Shown one piece after another: positions 58,601 through 64,000 of a stretch of DNA of 64,000 nucleotides. Origin of the DNA: an uncultured Fibrobacteria bacterium. Its GTDB lineage: Bacteria; Fibrobacterota; Fibrobacteria; UBA11236. Positions within the stretch are counted from its first letter, which is position 1; each line of letters opens with the position of its first letter. Both the position numbers and the translations under genes were made by a program. The stretch spans positions 3,424,001-3,488,000 of the forward strand of contig OY970309.1 of assembly GCA_963716395.1 (NCBI GenBank). Reading direction: 5' to 3'. The notes under the pieces are model-generated. The model saw only the letters and a list, made by a program, of their open reading frames with translations. It ran no database searches and was not told the origin of the DNA.

Positions 58601-61163
58601 CCTCGAAATCGGATCGGGTTCGGGCGTGTATTCGGCCGCCGTGACCTTGCAGGAGGGCCCCAAGAATCCGACGGACTCGATTCTCCAGGTTTCCGTGCTG
58701 GATCAGTTGCTGGCCCGTTTCATCCATCCCGTCTACCACGACACCACCTACGATGCGGCAGGTTACGGCCAGCTCGCGAATGAAGTGGCAACCTTGCGCT
58801 TTCTCGACACACTCGGCAATGTGCTCGCACCCAACGCCCTGTATTCGACCGCCAACGGCCGGATCGGCGTGCGCTATGTCGACGATTATTCCGCGGCCAT
58901 CGCCGCCAAGGTCGACGACACCCTGCGCCTCATCAACGACATACTGCGCAGCGGGGTGAGCCTCGGGGGCGACACCGAGAAGGTGGTCCTCGCCTACGAC
59001 ACGGCCGTGAAGGCCTGGACCGGCACGGTGATCCTGCGCGACAACCTTCCCCGGTCCGGAGACGACACCGTCGAATCGGAATACCGCGGGCAATTGACCG
59101 GAGTGGTCAATTCGCATGACGATACGGGCGCGGCCGACGGGGGCGCCGCCACCGCCAAAGTGGTGATCGCCTATCCGGATCAGAATGCCGCGCTGACCGT
59201 CACCGACACGCATGGCGGCGGCAGCGTGACGCGCCTTACCGACAGTCTTTCCATCACGCTCCGGGATCAGATTTTCACCCTGGCGCCGGGGGCCAAGGTG
59301 GCGGTGAGCGTCAGTTGCCTGGGTTCGGGGGATCATGAAGACACGGTGTGGCTGGTGAGCCGGGGCGACGGCACTTATACCCTGACCGCGCCGCTGCCGA
59401 AAGATGAGCAACTCTCCGGCACGCCCACGGCCAACGACGGCCGGCTGGCCTGCCGCGAAAACGACATCGTGCAAATCGATTACGTCGACCCCGTCTACGG
59501 TTCGCCCTTGCGCCTGCAAGTATCGTGGACCGAATCGAGCCTGGTAAAACTCTGGTTCGAGTCGGCCGCCGACTCTGCACACATCGTGTCGGTGGCCGAC
59601 GGCGCGGCCGCGCGCTTTCTGGCGGTGGTGCAGGCGGCCAGCACTACCCGCAACCGGCGCGATACCCTCGGCATCGTTTTCACCACGCCGCAGGGCGAAC
59701 GCGAAACCTTCCCGGCGGTGGAAACCGGCGTGTACACGGGCCTGTTCATCGCTTCGGTGCCCTATGGCTTCACTTTGGCGGCACCCGTGCGCGACGACCG
59801 GAACCTGGAAGCCGAACTGGTTCCGGGTGCGAATACGGCCGTGGTGGCCACGGCGACAGTTCTATCGAGCCAGGGCGATTCCACGGCGGCGGAAATCACC
59901 CTGTTTTCGCAATTCGACGCGGTGGTGCGCGGCTACGTGCGCGATCGTGACGGCGATGGGAGGGCAGACGCGGTGTACCTGGTGTTCGGTAAAAAACCCC
60001 CGCGCCTGCCGGCTTCGCTCGATTCCCTGTATTGGAATGACAGCCTCGCCGCCGACCGACGCAGCGTTTCGGGTTCCCAGCTTTCGCTGTCGCCCGACAG
60101 CTTGACCCTCATCGCCGATTTGTCGGGCGACCCATTTCCGCAATTTCTCACCGGGATATCCGGGGGCGGTACGCCGACGGCGCTGCTGCCGGCCGACGCG
60201 GTGTTCGGCGGGGTGCATGTGCCGTTGGCCGATTCGGTGGGGCCGGTTCCCATGGCGGCCGTAAAGCATCCTTCGGATCTCCATGCCATTCCCCAGGGCA
60301 ACGGGCAGTCGATTTTTGTGCCGGACACACTTGTGATTACCGTTTCGGAACCGATACAAACCCAAAATACCTGGGACGGCGTGTTCCGCTACAGCAAGTC
60401 TTCGAATTGCAGCGATTCGGCGGCCTATCTGAGCAGCGCGCCCATTTCCACCGCCGGCTTCGGCGAACCCGTACCCAATTCCGACCAAAGTCAATTCACC
60501 CTGTACGTAAACAACCAGGTCTTTGTCGGCAACTGCATCTATCTCGAACGCAACGGAACTTTCACCGATCGGCCCGGCAATGCGCCCGGACGCCTGGGAA
60601 TCAATTTGGGCGGCGCCGATCCGGTGCAGGTGATTCGCGACATGGCCGGCTATCCGCCCGTGGCCGGTTTGCCCCTGCAAACACCGCAATACCAGGTGGT
60701 GAACCAAGATTCCCGGGTGCTGACCGCGGCGGGCGGCACGGGCATTCTGTGGATTCCACCCGTGGATTGGAATGAAGGCCAGGATTACCATCCGGTGGTC
60801 AATGTCAGCCCCGGCGACCCGCCCAAGAGCGGCGCGGTGGACCATCAGGGCCAGGTGGAATTGCCGACGGGGATCAGCGTGGTGCAGGTCATCACGTCGG
60901 GCCGCTACGTCGCCTCGATTTCTCTGTTCGACCAATTCGGTAATTTCGTGAAGTCGTGGCAACAGCAATTCGGCTACGACGGCGAATTGACGAATCCGTT
61001 GCGCATTACCGACAAAGGCGTGCGCTCTTATCTGGTATGGGACGAGCGCGGCGCCAACGGCCAATTGGCCGGCAATGGGGTGTATGTGTGGCGGGTGTAC
61101 TTTCGTTTTGACGCCAACAAAGATGAGGTACGCCTCATCCGCACCGGCTTGGTGCGGCCATAA
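55674..61163 (+). CDS. Large repetitive surface/adhesin-like protein (vWA end, Ig-like repeats, chitobiase/FN3-associated domain, Fibrobacter-type C-terminal domain); true coding phase from about 55932
   Basis: LSAETGGKFY (vWA end); repeated D.....YTDP.YG units; PAANPADG...YTL...YSGPI domain; DRDGDGRAD; FDQFGNFV...WD......GNGVYVW tail. Confidence 0.8.
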   Translation: MAMNAANVTPCKTASMALPTGAPTIHFPWNSARSLAGVSHHRQSPARQSFSSPTVGPAIPIIYPQSKHASHLRHFPGGTATRYGAISYLSAETGGKFYLIPQNRPDSLITVVNKILNILLLQFNPTQVVVTNSTLAPAQTSSSTGFLTQGDSISWRVVLDNIVALQPNSSNHVSLISKFTQVQNPAVSESDTTQFILSTTGPAAAGAQVISPYNLETRCYLPSKLQWLTNAGVRPPYFTEADSNNVRLQLRTSDSGLASVSAALSTHRPTVDAETGALPRTAVFADSTRFSTLISMRVAAAATAGDGTLEPFYFDSLIARWAHPRDPSDTARDTILVRPANVQATTWFAADSAGTPVAGGVFPGSATAMWIVVQDNRATPGLAYSVTITSDSLGTDQITLTLAPVPGRPGVFTVQIPFAVNSVKTTSDGTLQISPAGDQLHAAYTDPFYGDKAQAAAGFGVSVEEPAALVFTDAGGTVLPDSAIWSLSHGQVYVKFTDDKVDSVRTVPVHFQVNSLKLGQAVATDQESGALLNPLAVTQTLNAWSDSFAVAEQLHPTANNGVLEGGYRMVVIASVPAHDNVGQPTGQTVTRTLVLAWPDSQPSLTFAQHVNTVNPKGPVDVVLTLTDQDFVHNAPDTVTATALCPASGDSVAGLRFSQTAVGTYVSDTLFRNGAAANTADGVLSCPAGGDVVIDYTDPVYGGVSTWTLHEAAMPAANPADGTVFTSQLDVALTSATPGALLTYTLNDSVPVPGRPLVYSGPIPLIAADTLEAVASANGYLRSWVMTAIYPHQPKPSAIRILDANGNPVPGRTLTDAAGAVQIQLQTSQGGLGAVSASIRSAHLGDAENPVLGTQSFDGQTHVYTGNIDLKGGAAVASSGDDTLQTALPDTLIATWRNPLDSADVVADTVFIVPGYVASTVCFSASLGGACLNPNQYNNGTTTAYVVVHTRAGVPGQYAVTVSSSTGGSDAVNNIPLLEIGSGSGVYSAAVTLQEGPKNPTDSILQVSVLDQLLARFIHPVYHDTTYDAAGYGQLANEVATLRFLDTLGNVLAPNALYSTANGRIGVRYVDDYSAAIAAKVDDTLRLINDILRSGVSLGGDTEKVVLAYDTAVKAWTGTVILRDNLPRSGDDTVESEYRGQLTGVVNSHDDTGAADGGAATAKVVIAYPDQNAALTVTDTHGGGSVTRLTDSLSITLRDQIFTLAPGAKVAVSVSCLGSGDHEDTVWLVSRGDGTYTLTAPLPKDEQLSGTPTANDGRLACRENDIVQIDYVDPVYGSPLRLQVSWTESSLVKLWFESAADSAHIVSVADGAAARFLAVVQAASTTRNRRDTLGIVFTTPQGERETFPAVETGVYTGLFIASVPYGFTLAAPVRDDRNLEAELVPGANTAVVATATVLSSQGDSTAAEITLFSQFDAVVRGYVRDRDGDGRADAVYLVFGKKPPRLPASLDSLYWNDSLAADRRSVSGSQLSLSPDSLTLIADLSGDPFPQFLTGISGGGTPTALLPADAVFGGVHVPLADSVGPVPMAAVKHPSDLHAIPQGNGQSIFVPDTLVITVSEPIQTQNTWDGVFRYSKSSNCSDSAAYLSSAPISTAGFGEPVPNSDQSQFTLYVNNQVFVGNCIYLERNGTFTDRPGNAPGRLGINLGGADPVQVIRDMAGYPPVAGLPLQTPQYQVVNQDSRVLTAAGGTGILWIPPVDWNEGQDYHPVVNVSPGDPPKSGAVDHQGQVELPTGISVVQVITSGRYVASISLFDQFGNFVKSWQQQFGYDGELTNPLRITDKGVRSYLVWDERGANGQLAGNGVYVWRVYFRFDANKDEVRLIRTGLVRP

Positions 61164-61372
61164 GGATTAACGCCCGTCATCGGGTGAACCGGCGGCAGGC
61201 AAGAAGTTTTTCCCTGTTTCCTGGCGCGAAGTTGCGGCCGCGATGCAACGACCGCCCGTCCATGAATTTCTGGCGGGCTCAAACACCTCGCTCGGTGTAG
61301 CGCCGAGCTTAACTCGCCCGACGGAGAATCCATTGCCGGGCTTGACCTGCCACCGCAGGAATAACATCGCGC

Positions 61373-61627
61373 TCACCGGGAGATCCGGAAAGGGGCGGTA
61401 AAGCGTTTTCCGGCCCCGCTGACCTCGAAAAAATATCCGCCATTTCCCAGGCGATTGATCGGCACCGAGATTACACCGCCAGGGTTGGTGGCGTTCCGTT
61501 CCACCAGCTTGTTTCCGGACAGCGTGTAAATCGCAGCCTTGATTCCCGGGCCCAGCATGGTTTCCGGCAGATGGGCGATGAGCTGCGAAGGGCTGAGCCG
61601 CAGGGTAATACCGCGGCGCGGTCGCAC
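61373..61627 (-). pseudogene. Orphan C-terminal secretion-signal-like (T9SS-CTD-like) fragment
   Basis: IYTLSGNKLV...ISVPINRLGNGGYFFEV...F pattern without any cargo domain or signal peptide. Confidence 0.45.
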
Positions 61628-61649
61628 GCGTTCGGGAATTTGGTAAAAA

Positions 61650-62723
61650 CTATCCGTGGCGGCCGGCGAAGTCGCGCATCAGGGCCACCAAGGCGTCGAT
61701 GCCCGCCAGCCCCATGGCGTTGTAAATGCTGGCCCGGAATCCGCCCACCGAACGGTGGCCCTTGAGCCCGCTTAAACCCGCGGCTTCGGCCTCTTTCAAA
61801 AAGGCGCCTTCCAATTCGGGATTATTCATGACAAAAGTCACGTTCATGCGCGAGCGATCCTCTCGGGCGCAGGTGCCCTTGAACAAAGGGTTGGTGTCGA
61901 TTTCGCCGTAGAGGCGCCGCGCCTTTTCTTCGTTGCGCTCCTGCATGGCCTTGACCCCGCCCTGCGCCTTCACCCATTTCAGGGTTTCCAACGCCAGATA
62001 CACGGCGAACACCGGCGGCGTGTTGTACATGGAACCATTGTCGATTTGCAGCTTGTAGTCGAGCATGGCGGGCAATTTGCGCTTGGTTTTGCCCAGCAGG
62101 TCTTCGCGCACGATCACCAAAGTCGTGCCCGCGATGCCCATGTTTTTCTGCGCACCCGCATAGATGAGCCCGAATTTGGAGGCGTCGAAAGGACGGCTGA
62201 AAATATCGCTGCTCATGTCGGCCACCAACGGAATGGGCGACTTGGGAAATTCCTGTAATTGCGTGCCGAAAATGGTGTTATTCGAAGTGACGTGAAAATA
62301 TTTGGCATCGGCGGGAATGTCGAAGTCCTTAGGAATGGAGACGTAGTTCTGTTCTTTGCTCGATGCCACCACCTTGACCGTGCCGAAGAGCTTGGCTTCT
62401 TTGATGGCCTTGTTGGCCCAGGTGCCGGTATCGAGATAGGCCGCGGCTTCGCCCTCGTCGAGCAGGTTCATGGGCACCATGGCGAATTGCAGGCTGGCCC
62501 CGCCCTGAAGAAAGATCACCTGATAGCCCGACGGCACCCCCAGCAACTCTTTGACCAGAGCGCGCGCTTCGGTCATCACGCCTTCGAATTCCTTGGAGCG
62601 GTGCGAAATTTCCAACAGCGACAAACCCGTGCCTTGAAAATCCAGACAGGCCTGTGCGCCGGCCTGCATGGCCTCACGAGGCAAAATGGCGGGACCCGGA
62701 CCGAAATTGAATATCTGCTTCAT
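61650..62723 (-). CDS. serC: Phosphoserine aminotransferase
   Basis: [49 protein letters not shown]. Confidence 0.97.
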   Translation of the reverse strand: MKQIFNFGPGPAILPREAMQAGAQACLDFQGTGLSLLEISHRSKEFEGVMTEARALVKELLGVPSGYQVIFLQGGASLQFAMVPMNLLDEGEAAAYLDTGTWANKAIKEAKLFGTVKVVASSKEQNYVSIPKDFDIPADAKYFHVTSNNTIFGTQLQEFPKSPIPLVADMSSDIFSRPFDASKFGLIYAGAQKNMGIAGTTLVIVREDLLGKTKRKLPAMLDYKLQIDNGSMYNTPPVFAVYLALETLKWVKAQGGVKAMQERNEEKARRLYGEIDTNPLFKGTCAREDRSRMNVTFVMNNPELEGAFLKEAEAAGLSGLKGHRSVGGFRASIYNAMGLAGIDALVALMRDFAGRHG

Positions 62724-62806
62724 GCGTGCATTCCTTCCTGCAAGGCGTTAAAGATAACTCCGGCCGCAGCCTTTGTTCGCGCGCGACGTAGAACGGTAAA
62801 ACGGCG

Positions 62807-63208
62807 TCACGCGGCGGCAGCGGTGCCAAGGCGCGCCATGGCCGTGGTCTGCATGCCTCCGCGCGGATTGAACACACCGCGCACCTCGAATGAGCGGGGT
62901 CGGCAGGCGCGCACGCAGTCGTCGAGCACCTTGTTGACCACGTGCTCGTGAAAAATTCCCAGGTCGCGGTAGAACAGAAAATATTCCTTGAGGCTTTTCA
63001 ATTCGAGGCACAGCTTGTCGGGCACATAGCGCAAGGTCAAGACCGCGAAGTCGGGCAAGGAGGTTTTGGGGCAAATGCAGGTGAACTCGGGAATTTCGAT
63101 TTCCAGTATGGTGTTTCGCCCCGGATACTGGAATTCCCAGGTTTCGATATCCGGCGTTATCAATGCGGGAATATGTCCTTGGCGGCCTTCATACGATTCA
63201 GCGTTCAC
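62807..63208 (-). CDS. queF: NADPH-dependent 7-cyano-7-deazaguanine reductase (unimodular QueF)
   Basis: PEFTCICP.T..PDF, ELKSLK.Y, FHE, FNPRGG. Confidence 0.92.
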   Translation of the reverse strand: MNAESYEGRQGHIPALITPDIETWEFQYPGRNTILEIEIPEFTCICPKTSLPDFAVLTLRYVPDKLCLELKSLKEYFLFYRDLGIFHEHVVNKVLDDCVRACRPRSFEVRGVFNPRGGMQTTAMARLGTAAAA

Positions 63209-64000
63209 AGCTTCGCCTCCTCGATTACGGTTTGCGCGCCGGTGGCCAGATCTTTGACTTCATAACTGCCGGCGGGAGCGCGATCCGATCCGAAAAAAAT
63301 CACCTTGTGGGCGCCCTGATCGTCGGCTTCGGCGAGTTGTTTTTTCAATTTGCCGCCGGCCAGGGCATAAGCCGCGCTGTATCCGCGGCCACGCAGGCTC
63401 TGGGCCAGGCGCAGAAGGCCGGTTGCGGGCAGGCGCGACTCCGACGGCGCCAGGTCGACGAGAAAGTATTCGACGCCGCCGCGTTCCTGGGGCAGCAAGC
63501 TTTTTTCGCGCAGGAGTTCAGCCAGCACCACGTCCCCCATGCCCAGGCCTACGGCCGAAACGGGTTCACCGCCCAAATGTTCCATGAGATGATCGTAACG
63601 CCCGCCACCGGCCAGTGCGCGCAGAGTGCGGCCGCGATCGAACACTTCAAACACCGTGCCGGTGTAATAGGCCAGGCCGCGCACCACCGAAGTGTCCAGC
63701 GCGATGGAATCACCGTAACCCAAATCGCCGAGCAGGGCGAACAGCGCTTCCAAATCCGCCCGGCCCGCGTCGGAAGTTCCGGGCAGCCGGCGCAAATCCT
63801 CTAGGCTGCGGCATTGGAAAAAATCTTCGAGACGATCCGTGACAGATTGAAAATTTTGTTCCCGCAGTAGTTGGCGAAAAGCCTCTTCGCCGATTTTAGC
63901 GCGCTTGTCGAGCGCCGCGTACACCACGGGCTTGCGCTCTTCGACCACGCCCAGCCCGGCCAGAAATGCCGACAACACGGCCCGGCTCGACACCGACACG
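63205..64000 (-). CDS. hisS: Histidine--tRNA ligase (5' end outside window)
   Basis: VRGLAYYTG.VFE, GGGRYD.L, AVGLGMG, anticodon-binding domain ending VKDLATGAQ. Confidence 0.92.
   Translation of the reverse strand, partial: VSVSSRAVLSAFLAGLGVVEERKPVVYAALDKRAKIGEEAFRQLLREQNFQSVTDRLEDFFQCRSLEDLRRLPGTSDAGRADLEALFALLGDLGYGDSIALDTSVVRGLAYYTGTVFEVFDRGRTLRALAGGGRYDHLMEHLGGEPVSAVGLGMGDVVLAELLREKSLLPQERGGVEYFLVDLAPSESRLPATGLLRLAQSLRGRGYSAAYALAGGKLKKQLAEADDQGAHKVIFFGSDRAPAGSYEVKDLATGAQTVIEEAKL

Noticed and set aside
63150-63260. preQ1 riboswitch before queF
   Set aside because: queF overlaps the hisS stop, leaving no leader

Overview
GC-rich bacterial chromosomal window, probably Fibrobacterota (inferred from Fibrobacter-type C-terminal sorting tails on secreted proteins and an Agl/Glt-like motor set; not proven). 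It holds housekeeping genes (GH57/DUF3536, nnr, hisN-like, glpK, hemJ, gltBD, cysG, metG, DEAD-box helicase, map, obgE, mltG, serC, queF, partial hisS) and several accessory modules. (i) A type III PKS, a His/Glu-rich membrane protein and a UbiG-like O-methyltransferase form an operon next to a cytochrome c and an EAL protein. (ii) A signalling island carries a Ser/Thr kinase, a degenerate GGDEF protein and a pseudo-receiver sigma54 activator. (iii) An AglRQS/GltG-like MotA-ExbD-ExbD-TonB module, with a divergent SH3b protein whose tail resembles GltF/CglF, lies directly upstream of a complete ~14.5 kb Wza/Wzc/Wzx/Wzy polysaccharide locus. (iv) A ~2000-aa vWA-tipped surface protein has its vWA region broken by a dense cluster of frame disruptions. 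A structured intergenic repeat occurs twice (7.8 kb and 24.7 kb). No rRNA, tRNA, CRISPR array or transposase was seen. All family assignments come from motif recognition by eye; no searches were run.
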